DNA of 22,197 nucleotides from a virus: UHGV virus genome UHGV-0363730; one strand, 5' to 3'. Shown piece by piece: positions 1 to 6,961 of this stretch (position 1 is its first letter; each line of letters starts with the position of its first letter). The notes under the pieces were generated by a model. It saw only the letters and a program-made list of their open reading frames with translations, ran no database searches and was not told where the DNA came from. The position numbers and the translations under genes were made by a program.

Positions 1-371
1 AAAACATTTTACAATCGTAAAAATCCTCATATCATGATAAGAATGGTTACATTGCCACGCAGCCGAATCCGCCGATGAGCGGGCTTTTTTGTTGCTGAAA
101 AAGAAAACAACAGGTGATTAGCAGGGTATCAGTTAATCGGGGAAATTTTTAAATACCTCACAATTCAGCAAGTTGATGATTGTCTGACTGACGGAGAATT
201 TGTTAAAAATCGCAACGCATGGTGAATCCCCCTCAGCGGCGGGGCGGCTGGTGCGGGCTGGCATTTTTAATGTCACAGGCAATGTGAAAGACGCGGGTTC
301 GGTGGCACCGGGCTGAACTCACCGGGAGGCACCCGGCACTATGCAGTTAACTGAAACCAGGTAATACTCTC

Positions 372-397
372 AGGCCCCTCATCGCAGGGGCCTTTTT
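372..397 (+). terminator. Intrinsic terminator-like hairpin upstream of nanS-p
   Basis: 8-bp GC-rich stem AGGCCCCT (372-379) / AGGGGCCT (386-393) with 6-nt loop, followed by a T-run (394-397). No ORF reads into this region. Confidence 0.6.
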
Positions 398-403
398 ACA
401 TGC

Positions 404-429
404 AAAAAAAGCCCGCGCCGGGAGGCGCG
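404..429 (-). terminator. A-run plus GC hairpin (would act as terminator on the minus strand)
   Basis: A7 run (404-410) then CGCGCC (414-419) / GGCGCG (424-429) stem with GGGA loop; on the minus strand the hairpin is followed by U7. Function not established. Confidence 0.3.
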
Positions 430-464
430 AGCGGCAAGGAATAAAACAAAGAAAGTGAGTTTCG

Positions 465-485
465 ATTATTCACCGTGTGAATAAT
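465..485. repeat. Perfect 21-bp palindrome ATTATTCAC-CGT-GTGAATAAT
   Basis: 9-bp arms with 3-bp spacer read directly from the sequence; candidate operator or RNA hairpin in the leader of nanS-p. Function unknown. Confidence 0.5.
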
Positions 486-610
486 ACCCGATGGTGATGA
501 GACTGCGCAACTGCGCGGCCTTTTCGTTTTTACTGGCAGTTGTCTTTTGTATTTTCAGACTTCAGTCAGTCCTTATCTGATTCAACCCACTATCCCGGCC
601 GGGAGGATTC

Positions 611-2584
611 ATGGCATTTAAACACTATGACGTGGTCAGGGCATCATCGCCGTCAGACCTCGCAGGAAAACTGACGCAAAAACTGAAGGAAGGCTGGCAA
701 CCCTATGGTAGTCCGATTATCTCAAGCGCGGGTTATGGTGCTGAATTTATCCAGGCTATAGTCGCTGAAGGGGATATGACCTCTCCGGTAGTTTCACCGG
801 GGGGAGATGGTACCCGGACTGTTGTTGTTGAACCAGAATATTACTTTGTCATTGCGCTGGCCGGACAGTCAAACGGCATGGCGTATGGTGAAGGCCTGCC
901 GCTGCCGGAGACATATGACCGTCCGGACCCGCGTATTAAACAGCTGGCGCGTCGCAGTACGGTGACACCGGGTGGTGCGGCCTGTGCATATAACGACATC
1001 ATTCCGGCGGACCACTGCCTGCATGATGTGCAGGATTTGAGCCGTTTTTCTCATCCGAAAGCCAGCGCAGAGCAGTATGGGTGTGTCGGACAGGGATTGC
1101 ATATTGCCAAAAAGCTGTTGCCCTTTATGCCGGAAAATGCGGGTATTTTGTTAGTGCCGTGCTGTCGTGGTGGCTCTGCGTTTACAGCCGGTGCTGACGG
1201 AACGTTCAGTGAAAGTTCAGGAGCGTCGGATAAATCTGAACGATGGGGCGTTGATAAGCCGTTGTATAAAGACCTGCTGACACGCACTCAGGCCGCGCTG
1301 AAGGCAAACCCCAAAAACATACTGCTTTGTGTTGTCTGGATGCAGGGCGAGTTTGATTTAAAACAGGGAGCGTACGCCAGTCAGCCCGCCATGTTTGATG
1401 CCATGGTGGAAAAATACCGTTCTGACCTGGCGGGAGTATCCGGTCAGTGCGCTGGTGCTTCTCCTTCTCTGGTGCCCTGGATTTGTGGTGACACGACGTA
1501 CTACTGGAAGGAGACGTATTCAGCGCAATACGATGCCGTCTATGGCGCATACAAAACCAAAGCCGGTAAAAATATCTTCTTTGTGCCGTTTATGATGGAT
1601 GACAATGGTCAGAAAGTCGGGACCAATGAACCGTCAGAAGACCCGGATATTCCGGCTATCGGGTATTATGGTTCCGGTGGACGAACGGATGCGAAGAGCT
1701 GGACAACATCCGATCGTAAAACCCACTTTGGTTCATGGGCGCGTCGCGGAATTATTTCCGACCGTCTGGCAACAGCCATTCTTCTGCATGTGGGCAGAGT
1801 GGCAGATTTTGTTTCCGGGAAAGTGACAAAAGCCGCGGTTTCTTCAGGCGGAGGCGTATCGCAACCAGCACAGGAGAGTGGCGATACTCAGCCTGAATCC
1901 GTTGTCCCGACAAAGATACAGTCAGTGCTGGCTTATGATGCGAATGCGGAAAATGCCGATCTGGCTTCGCAGGGCTGGACGCTGACAGATGTCAAAAACA
2001 CGCTGGTCAGTGACAGTGGTTCAGGTAAAAAAGCCCTTCGTCTTGAAAAACCAGAAAATGGTCTTGCACAGAAAAAGACCTGGAAAGTATCGCACGCAAT
2101 TGATGCCGGTAAGGGGAAGGAGCTGTTCGATAACGGCGGTGAAATCACGCTGCGCTTTAAAATCCCCGATGATGTATCTCTCAATGCTTCTGCAAATCAA
2201 TATTCTGCGGGTATTTACTGGCGCGGTAGTGGATGGCCGGGAGCGGAATCAGAGGAGGGTTATATTGCGGCCTTCTATCTGCAGACTGATAAAACAAACA
2301 TCAATGTGATGTATCATGCAAACACCACATCACAGCGGCTTGGTAGTTATGGTCCGTTCGATCACGACTGGCACACGCTGACTTTCCGCTTCCCGGGTGG
2401 TGGCTCGCTGAACGTCACGCCGGTGCTTGATAATGCAGCAGGAAAACCGTTTACGCTGACCAGATGGACGAATGCAGCCTTTGAGGCCAACGCGCTGGCA
2501 ATTACGGATATTACCGGAAATGCGGCAACTTACCCTGTGCTGATTGAAAGTCTTACTGTTGGTGTGAATGCCGTAGCAGCATAA
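611..2584 (+). CDS. nanS-p: Prophage sialate O-acetylesterase (NanS-p-like), 657 aa: N-terminal small domain, SGNH/SASA esterase core, C-terminal putative carbohydrate-binding domain
   Basis: Long ATG ORF with RBS GGGAGGA 4 nt upstream; GQSN catalytic-serine motif (IALAGQSNGMAYGEG) typical of SGNH/SASA acetylesterases; position immediately upstream of the lysis cassette, as for nanS-p genes of EHEC lambdoid prophages. Assignment is from recalled family features, not a search. Confidence 0.8.
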   Translation: MAFKHYDVVRASSPSDLAGKLTQKLKEGWQPYGSPIISSAGYGAEFIQAIVAEGDMTSPVVSPGGDGTRTVVVEPEYYFVIALAGQSNGMAYGEGLPLPETYDRPDPRIKQLARRSTVTPGGAACAYNDIIPADHCLHDVQDLSRFSHPKASAEQYGCVGQGLHIAKKLLPFMPENAGILLVPCCRGGSAFTAGADGTFSESSGASDKSERWGVDKPLYKDLLTRTQAALKANPKNILLCVVWMQGEFDLKQGAYASQPAMFDAMVEKYRSDLAGVSGQCAGASPSLVPWICGDTTYYWKETYSAQYDAVYGAYKTKAGKNIFFVPFMMDDNGQKVGTNEPSEDPDIPAIGYYGSGGRTDAKSWTTSDRKTHFGSWARRGIISDRLATAILLHVGRVADFVSGKVTKAAVSSGGGVSQPAQESGDTQPESVVPTKIQSVLAYDANAENADLASQGWTLTDVKNTLVSDSGSGKKALRLEKPENGLAQKKTWKVSHAIDAGKGKELFDNGGEITLRFKIPDDVSLNASANQYSAGIYWRGSGWPGAESEEGYIAAFYLQTDKTNINVMYHANTTSQRLGSYGPFDHDWHTLTFRFPGGGSLNVTPVLDNAAGKPFTLTRWTNAAFEANALAITDITGNAATYPVLIESLTVGVNAVAA

Positions 2585-2590
2585 CAGACG

Positions 2591-2626
2591 AAAAAAACCG
2601 CCAGCAACAGGAATGGAGACTGGCGG
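2591..2626 (-). terminator. A-run plus hairpin immediately after nanS-p stop (minus-strand terminator geometry)
   Basis: A7 (2591-2597), stem CCGCCAG (2598-2604) / CTGGCGG (2620-2626), 15-nt loop; no T-run on the + side. Confidence 0.3.
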
Positions 2627-2724
2627 AGGTAATCCCAATGGAGAATCTAACGAAAGGATGCTTTCGACATCAATCATTTCTAAATGAAAACAGTTCTCAT
2701 TGTCAACAGTAACGGTAATAAACC

Positions 2725-2919
2725 ATGACATTCATCAACCAGTTAATGCTGTACTTCTGTACGGTGGTCTGTGTGTTGTATCTGCTTTCGGGTGGATACA
2801 GGGCAGTACGCGACTTCTGGCGCAGACAGATTGACAAAAGGGCCGCTGAGAAAATCAGCGCCACTCAGTCAGCCGGAGCAAAAACAGAAGCCCCACTCAT
2901 TCCGGAACAACCTTCTTAA
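2725..2919 (+). CDS. Hypothetical small membrane protein (64 aa), one predicted N-terminal transmembrane helix
   Basis: ATG ORF; hydrophobic segment LMLYFCTVVCVLYLL followed by a charged tail; weak RBS. Could be non-coding. Confidence 0.35.
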   Translation: MTFINQLMLYFCTVVCVLYLLSGGYRAVRDFWRRQIDKRAAEKISATQSAGAKTEAPLIPEQPS

Positions 2920-2944
2920 TAACCCCTTTCAACGAGAAAATCTC

Positions 2945-3235
2945 ATGACAGATATAAAACAACTGGTCACTGCTGAGGCAGTGAAGGAAGTCATTCGCTC
3001 TGAAGAAGTCAGAAGCGTCCTGAAACAAAAACTCCGCCAGAATCTGGAAGAGCGTCTTGATGCAGAAGTGGATTCAATTCTGGATGAATTGCTTGGTGCA
3101 CAGCCGGAACCATCTCCGGAACTGCTTCCGGAACCACAGGCGGAAGATGTCACCACGGAAAATGGTGATATTCAGCCGGAGTCACCGGTGACGGATATGA
3201 CAGACACACAACCCGAACCGGGCACAATGCTGTAA
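2945..3235 (+). CDS. Hypothetical acidic protein (96 aa) with helical N-terminus and Pro/Glu-rich disordered C-terminus
   Basis: ATG at 2945 (MTDIKQLVTAEAVKEV...) within the longer 2771..3235 frame; C-terminal PEPSPELLPEPQAEDV...TQPEPG; followed directly by a strong terminator at 3247-3277. The upstream 58 codons of the frame look non-coding. Confidence 0.45.
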   Translation: MTDIKQLVTAEAVKEVIRSEEVRSVLKQKLRQNLEERLDAEVDSILDELLGAQPEPSPELLPEPQAEDVTTENGDIQPESPVTDMTDTQPEPGTML

Positions 3236-3246
3236 CGGCGGGGCAG

Positions 3247-3277
3247 GGCCATCAGTAAAACACTGATGGCCTTTTTT
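3247..3277 (+). terminator. Intrinsic terminator between the small ORFs and the holin gene
   Basis: 10-bp stem GGCCATCAGT (3247-3256) / ACTGATGGCC (3262-3271), 5-nt loop, followed by T6 (3272-3277). Confidence 0.7.
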
Positions 3278-3311
3278 ATTTCCGGTAGCACAGGTCTGTC
3301 GGGGCGGGGAT

Positions 3312-3527
3312 ATGTATCAGATGGAAAAAATATCAACGGGCATAGCCTATGGTACTTCTGCGGGCAGTGCGGGTTACTGGTTTCTACAGTGGTTGGATCA
3401 GGTTACTCCGTCACAGTGGGCTGCTATCGGGGTTTTGGGGAGCCTGTGTCTGGGGTTCCTGACATACCTGACGAATCTGTATTTCAAGATTAAAGAAGAC
3501 CGGCGCAAAGCTGCGCGGGGAGAGTAA
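3312..3527 (+). CDS. S: Pinholin, phage 21 S-type, 71 aa, with dual-start motif (Met1 and Met4)
   Basis: Translation [31 protein letters not shown]...[13 protein letters not shown] closely resembles the S21 pinholin as recalled; two TM segments; sits directly upstream of a SAR endolysin. Confidence 0.9.
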   Translation: MYQMEKISTGIAYGTSAGSAGYWFLQWLDQVTPSQWAAIGVLGSLCLGFLTYLTNLYFKIKEDRRKAARGE

Positions 3528-3531
3528 GCTG

Positions 3532-4065
3532 ATGAGCAGGAAACTCCACTATGGTTTATCGGTAGCCGTTCTGGCGCTGATTGCCACAGGTGCTTCTGCG
3601 CCTGAAATCCTCGACCAGTTTCTTGACGAAAAAGAAGGTAACCACACCACGGCATACCGTGATGGTGCGGGGATCTGGACCATCTGCCGTGGTGCCATCA
3701 TGGTGGATGGCAAACCTGTCGTCCCGGGCATGAAGTTGTCGAAGGAAAAATGCGCTCAGGTTAATGCCATTGAACGTGATAAGGCGCTGGCATGGGTGGA
3801 GAAAAACATCAAATTGCCACTGACTGAACCGCAGAAAGCGGGCATCGCGTCATTCTGTCCGTACAACATCGGGCCTTCGAAATGCTTCACCTCAACGTTT
3901 TACCGGAAACTGAACGCCGGAGACCGGAAAGGTGCATGTGCTGAAATCCGCCGATGGATATATGACGGCGGCAGGGACTGTCGGAATCGCTCAAATAACT
4001 GTTACGGGCAGGTATCGCGGCGTGACCAGGAGAGCGCGCTGGCGTGCTGGGGAATTGACAGATAA
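3532..4065 (+). CDS. R: SAR endolysin (T4-lysozyme-like muramidase with N-terminal signal-anchor-release domain), 177 aa
   Basis: N-terminal weakly hydrophobic Gly/Ala-rich segment (LSVAVLALIATGASAP) followed by E-x8-D-x5-T catalytic pattern (EGNHTTAYRDGAGIWT); start 5 nt after S stop. Confidence 0.9.
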   Translation: MSRKLHYGLSVAVLALIATGASAPEILDQFLDEKEGNHTTAYRDGAGIWTICRGAIMVDGKPVVPGMKLSKEKCAQVNAIERDKALAWVEKNIKLPLTEPQKAGIASFCPYNIGPSKCFTSTFYRKLNAGDRKGACAEIRRWIYDGGRDCRNRSNNCYGQVSRRDQESALACWGIDR

Positions 4066-4155
4066 GCAGAATATTTTGCTGAAAAATGCGGTTTGCTCAC
4101 ACGGACGGATAACACGAAATCCTGCGAACTGACAAAAACTAAGTGAATAAAAGTA

Positions 4156-4195
4156 AAAACCCCGTTTGTTGGCTGCAAGCGGGGTTTTGTGTTTC
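4156..4195 (+). terminator. Hairpin with flanking A/T runs downstream of R (possible bidirectional terminator)
   Basis: AAAACCCCG (4156-4164) / CGGGGTTTT (4180-4188) stem with 15-nt loop, followed by a T-rich stretch. The long loop lowers confidence. Confidence 0.4.
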
Positions 4196-4224
4196 CTGAC
4201 TCTGGAAAAGTCAAAGGAGAAAGT

Positions 4225-4362
4225 GTGTTTGATTTTAGCAAACTGATTCGGGAGATTCGAGTGATGGCTGAAAAATTATCCACCTGGAAGTTCATTCTTA
4301 TCTGGCTGGTGTTTGTGATTATGGCCTCCGGTTATTTCATCGGTCAGATACGCTGGTGGTGA
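4225..4362 (+). CDS. Small hydrophobic peptide (45 aa from GTG 4225, or 32 aa from ATG 4264), single TM helix; stop is 1 nt before the Rz start
   Basis: RBS AGGAGA at 4215-4220; translation [45 protein letters not shown]; TGA at 4360-4362, then Rz ATG at 4364. Too short to appear in the ORF track. Confidence 0.4.
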   Translation: MFDFSKLIREIRVMAEKLSTWKFILIWLVFVIMASGYFIGQIRWW

Positions 4363-4363
4363 A

Positions 4364-4831
4364 ATGAACCGCGTACTGTGCGTGGTCATCATTGCCCTGC
4401 TGGTGGCCTGTGGTGCGCTTAGTCTGGGGCTGAATCATTACCGTGATAACGCCATAACCTACAAAGCCCAGCGCGACAAAAATGTCAGAGAACTGAAGCT
4501 GGCGAACGCGGCAATTACTGACATGCAGATGCGTCAGCGTGATGTTGCTGCGCTCGATGCAAAATACTCGAGGGAATTAGCCGATGCGAGAGCTGAAAAT
4601 GAAACTCTTCGCGCTGACGTTGCCGCTGGTCGTAAGCGCCTGCGGATCAACGCCACCTGTCCAGGCTCCGTGCGTGAAGCCCCCACCACCTCCGGCGTGG
4701 ATAATGCAACCGGCCCCCAACTGGCAGACACCGTTACACGGGATTATTTCACCCTCAGAGAGCGGCTGATGACGATGCACAAGCAACTGGAAGGGGCACA
4801 GGACTATATCCGCACTCAGTGCCTGAAATAA
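4364..4831 (+). CDS. Rz: Inner-membrane spanin Rz (i-spanin), 155 aa
   Basis: N-terminal TM anchor, coiled-coil periplasmic domain, lambda Rz-like sequence (…[14 protein letters not shown]…); contains an embedded +1-frame Rz1. Confidence 0.9.
   Translation: MNRVLCVVIIALLVACGALSLGLNHYRDNAITYKAQRDKNVRELKLANAAITDMQMRQRDVAALDAKYSRELADARAENETLRADVAAGRKRLRINATCPGSVREAPTTSGVDNATGPQLADTVTRDYFTLRERLMTMHKQLEGAQDYIRTQCLK
4584..4769 (+). CDS. Rz1: Outer-membrane lipoprotein spanin Rz1 (o-spanin), embedded in the +1 frame of Rz
   Basis: Lipobox LVVSAC, proline-rich mature part ([32 protein letters not shown]), near-identical in layout to lambda Rz1; start may be ATG 4584 or 4599. Confidence 0.85.
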   Translation: MRELKMKLFALTLPLVVSACGSTPPVQAPCVKPPPPPAWIMQPAPNWQTPLHGIISPSESG

Positions 4832-5141
4832 GTTTTGTTGATGCGCCGTATCGTCGCTATATTCCCTCATTAACAGAGACCGCAGCCCGACAGGGAGACT
4901 CCTCTGCGCGAGTGTGCGGGGATAATTAAAAACGATGCACACCGGGTTTTTACCGCGTTAATGATTCGCGGGTTTATCCCGGTGCGATGGTGGAAGAAAC
5001 AGGAAGCTGTATTACAGAAAGTGCTACTACTGTATCCCGATGCGATGTATGTAATGTGAGTCAGATAATGGCACAGGATGTGGTGATGTGGCAGTCTGGA
5101 ACACAGGATATATTGTCAGAATAAGACCCGTAGGAATAAAA

Positions 5142-5468
5142 ATGAAAAGACGCCTTTTACTACTTTTTCTGTTATCTGTCCTGGCAGTGGGATGCTCGCA
5201 GCAAAAAGCTGATGAGCCCCGGCAATTAGTGACGGTGTATCCACGATATCCGGAATATGCTGCAGCAAATTATATCAAGGGGCTGGTTGAGGTTAAGTTC
5301 GATATTGGTGCTGATGGGACTGTGACACGGATCGTTTTTCTCCGCTCAGAGCCTCATAATTTGTTTCGTGATGAAGTGGTGAAGGCCATGGCGAAATGGC
5401 GATTTGAAAAGAATCGCCCCTGTCAGGGAGTGAAGAGACAATTTATCTTTACGCCGTCACGTCCTTGA
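5142..5468 (+). CDS. Lipoprotein with TonB C-terminal-like domain (108 aa), moron between Rz and cos
   Basis: RBS AGGA 6 nt upstream of ATG 5142; signal peptide with lipobox LAVGC; mature region YPRYPEYAAANYIKGLVEVKFDIGADGTVTRIVFLRSEPHNLFRDEVVKAMAKWRFE matches the conserved TonB C-terminal domain pattern (YP..A....I.G.V.VKFD...DG.V......P...F..EV..AM..WR.E) as recalled; visibly more AT-rich than the structural genes (not computed). Confidence 0.7.
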   Translation: MKRRLLLLFLLSVLAVGCSQQKADEPRQLVTVYPRYPEYAAANYIKGLVEVKFDIGADGTVTRIVFLRSEPHNLFRDEVVKAMAKWRFEKNRPCQGVKRQFIFTPSRP

Positions 5469-5560
5469 TGCTTCCAGGTAGAGAGGGGCTGGACGCAGGA
5501 GAAAAATGAAAGAGCCAGCGGTTATATTTTTGTCATGGCTGACGAGGAATGATGGAAGAA

Positions 5561-5606
5561 GGCGTTGTATGCCACACAACGCCTCACTGTTCATTTCTTC
5601 TTTTTC
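5561..5606. terminator. Bidirectional terminator between convergent accessory genes
   Basis: 8-bp stem GGCGTTGT (5561-5568) / ACAACGCC (5576-5583), 7-nt loop, T-rich tract on the + side (5590-5606) and a weaker U-rich tract on the minus side. Confidence 0.55.
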
Positions 5607-5770
5607 TCTGGTGGAACCCGATGAATAAGAGTTGCACTGGTTTCCGATGAGATGGCGATATACTCGGGCAAAGTATGCTGGCAGTTTTCCAACTGGTCAA
5701 AAATACCTGCTCTCGTCTGTTGCAATGCCTGCAGCATGCGGCGGCAATGCGCCTTGCTTTTACTAACCAT
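5591..5770 (-). CDS. Hypothetical small protein (59 aa), basic C-terminus
   Basis: Internal ATG (5770) of the 5591..5944 frame, preceded on the minus strand by a strong RBS (AGAGGAAGGAAAG then ATG); translation MVSKSKAHCRRMLQALQQTRAGIFDQLENCQHTLPEYIAISSETSATLIHRVPPEKKKK; the ATG at 5944 has no RBS. Confidence 0.45.
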   Translation of the reverse strand: MVSKSKAHCRRMLQALQQTRAGIFDQLENCQHTLPEYIAISSETSATLIHRVPPEKKKK

Positions 5771-5831
5771 CTTTCCTTCCTCTATCAGTCGCTGCGTGAA
5801 CTCATCATGTAATACCAGGTAAATGCGGATG

Positions 5832-6083
5832 TTATCGGTTTTGGCTACGCAGCATAGTACAAAACGGACAGGTGCATCCCGGGACGGGGGAGGCGTCACA
5901 TGTCCCTGTGATGGTTGTTCCGGGTAATGCACTGTGTGGGGCATAAAAATGTCCGATAATTTTACTTTCTACCGCAGTTAGTTGATTCGTTGGTCCTGGT
6001 AGCACATTGGGCGAGGATTTAAATGCCAGGCAACTGAAGGATGATGTTGCAAGGGAGATAGCGAGAATATTTCTGATTTTCAT
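5832..6083 (-). CDS. Hypothetical secreted cysteine-rich small protein (83 aa)
   Basis: ATG at 6083 with RBS AGAGG 9 nt upstream on the minus strand; N-terminal signal peptide MKIRNILAISLATSSFSCLA; C-terminal cysteine cluster TGTCDASPVPGCTCPFC; AT-rich. Confidence 0.5.
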   Translation of the reverse strand: MKIRNILAISLATSSFSCLAFKSSPNVLPGPTNQLTAVESKIIGHFYAPHSALPGTTITGTCDASPVPGCTCPFCTMLRSQNR

Positions 6084-6223
6084 TTGATGATGCCTCTGTG
6101 TGAAATGACGGTAAACGACGCACTTGTGCCGGCACATAATAGCAAGCACCATAATAGATCAGATTCGATTCTTGCTGTAAGTGATAATTATTCTCGTTTT
6201 CGGGTCCTTTCCGTCGATCCAAC

Positions 6224-6412
6224 AGGTTACGGGGCGGCGACCTCGCGGGTTTTCGCTATTTATGAAAATTTTTAGGGAAAAATCAGATCCGTTTTTCTTC
6301 TTTTTAACTGATTGATTATCAATAGAATTTTAAAAATATAAAAGGATCTAACAAAGGCTGTTTTTGTTAGAAAACGCCATTTTCAGATCCTTTCTGGTTC
6401 CCGGGGGAGTGT
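6224..6412 (+). other. cos: Lambda-type cos site: cosN (12-nt cohesive end GGGCGGCGACCT at 6232-6243) and downstream cosB with three R-like repeats
   Basis: AGGTTACG-GGGCGGCGACCT-CGCGGGTTTTCGCTATTTATGAAAATTTT matches the phage lambda right-end/left-end junction as recalled; repeats of AGATCC at 6271-6287, 6341-6355 (inverted) and 6380-6397 precede the Nu1 start, in the R3/R2/R1 orientation pattern. Confidence 0.85.
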
Positions 6413-6961
6413 ATGAACGTCAATAAGAAAAAACTGGCCGATATTTTTGGCGTTGATGTCAGGACCATCACCGCCTGGCAGAGTCAGGGGTTACCACTAG
6501 TTTCTGGTGGAGGGAAAGGGACTGAATCAGTTTTTGATACAACTGCTGCCATTCAGTGGTATGCGCAGAGGGAAGCTGATATTAAAAACGAAAAACTCCG
6601 TAAAGAGATCGAGGATTTGAGGGCTGCCAGCGAATCAGACCTTCAGCCCGGCACCATTGATTACGAACGTTACCGACTGACGAAGGCACAGGCCGATGCA
6701 CAGGAGCTGAAAAATGCTCGTGAGGAAGGCCTTGTCCTCGAGACGGAGTTATTTACCTACATCTTTCAGCGAGTGGCACAGAATATATCAGGGATCCTTG
6801 TCCGTGTCCCTCAGACACTGCAGCGTAAATACCCTGATATATCACCCGTACATCTTGATGCTGTGAAAACTGAAATCGCGAAAGCATCCGATGTGGCTTC
6901 TGAAGCCGGTGAGAATGTGCGCAGGTGGATTGATGATTTCAGACGAACTGAGGGCGGCTAA
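6413..6961 (+). CDS. nu1: Terminase small subunit (gpNu1), 182 aa
   Basis: [36 protein letters not shown]... aligns closely with lambda Nu1 (winged-HTH N-terminus); directly downstream of cosB. Confidence 0.93.
   Translation: MNVNKKKLADIFGVDVRTITAWQSQGLPLVSGGGKGTESVFDTTAAIQWYAQREADIKNEKLRKEIEDLRAASESDLQPGTIDYERYRLTKAQADAQELKNAREEGLVLETELFTYIFQRVAQNISGILVRVPQTLQRKYPDISPVHLDAVKTEIAKASDVASEAGENVRRWIDDFRRTEGG

Noticed and set aside
1-610. tRNA genes or stx genes upstream of nanS-p
   Set aside because: No T-loop-like GTTCGAATC-type motif or cloverleaf arrangement was recognisable by eye, and all frames are closed by stops; tRNAscan-SE would be decisive.
2771-3235. 154-aa ORF as a single gene
   Set aside because: The first 58 codons (MCCICFRVDTGQ…) overlap the 2725-2919 ORF and look non-coding; the ATG at 2945 is the more plausible start.
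4939-5059. Imperfect hairpin (ACCGGG…CCCGGT) and a 32-aa ORF (MIRGFIPVRWWKKQEAVLQKVLLLYPDAMYVM) in the Rz-moron intergenic region
   Set aside because: No RBS and the hairpin is imperfect; possibly a promoter/leader for the downstream lipoprotein gene, but nothing in the sequence compels a call.
5591-5944. Full-length 117-aa minus-strand ORF starting at 5944
   Set aside because: No RBS at 5944, whereas the internal ATG at 5770 has a strong one; the upstream part overlaps the 3' end of the 5832-6083 gene in another frame. A frameshifted single gene cannot be excluded.
6084-6275. Plus-strand 63-aa ORF
   Set aside because: It spans the cosN cleavage site and cosQ; no RBS; the sequence is the conserved cos region, not coding.
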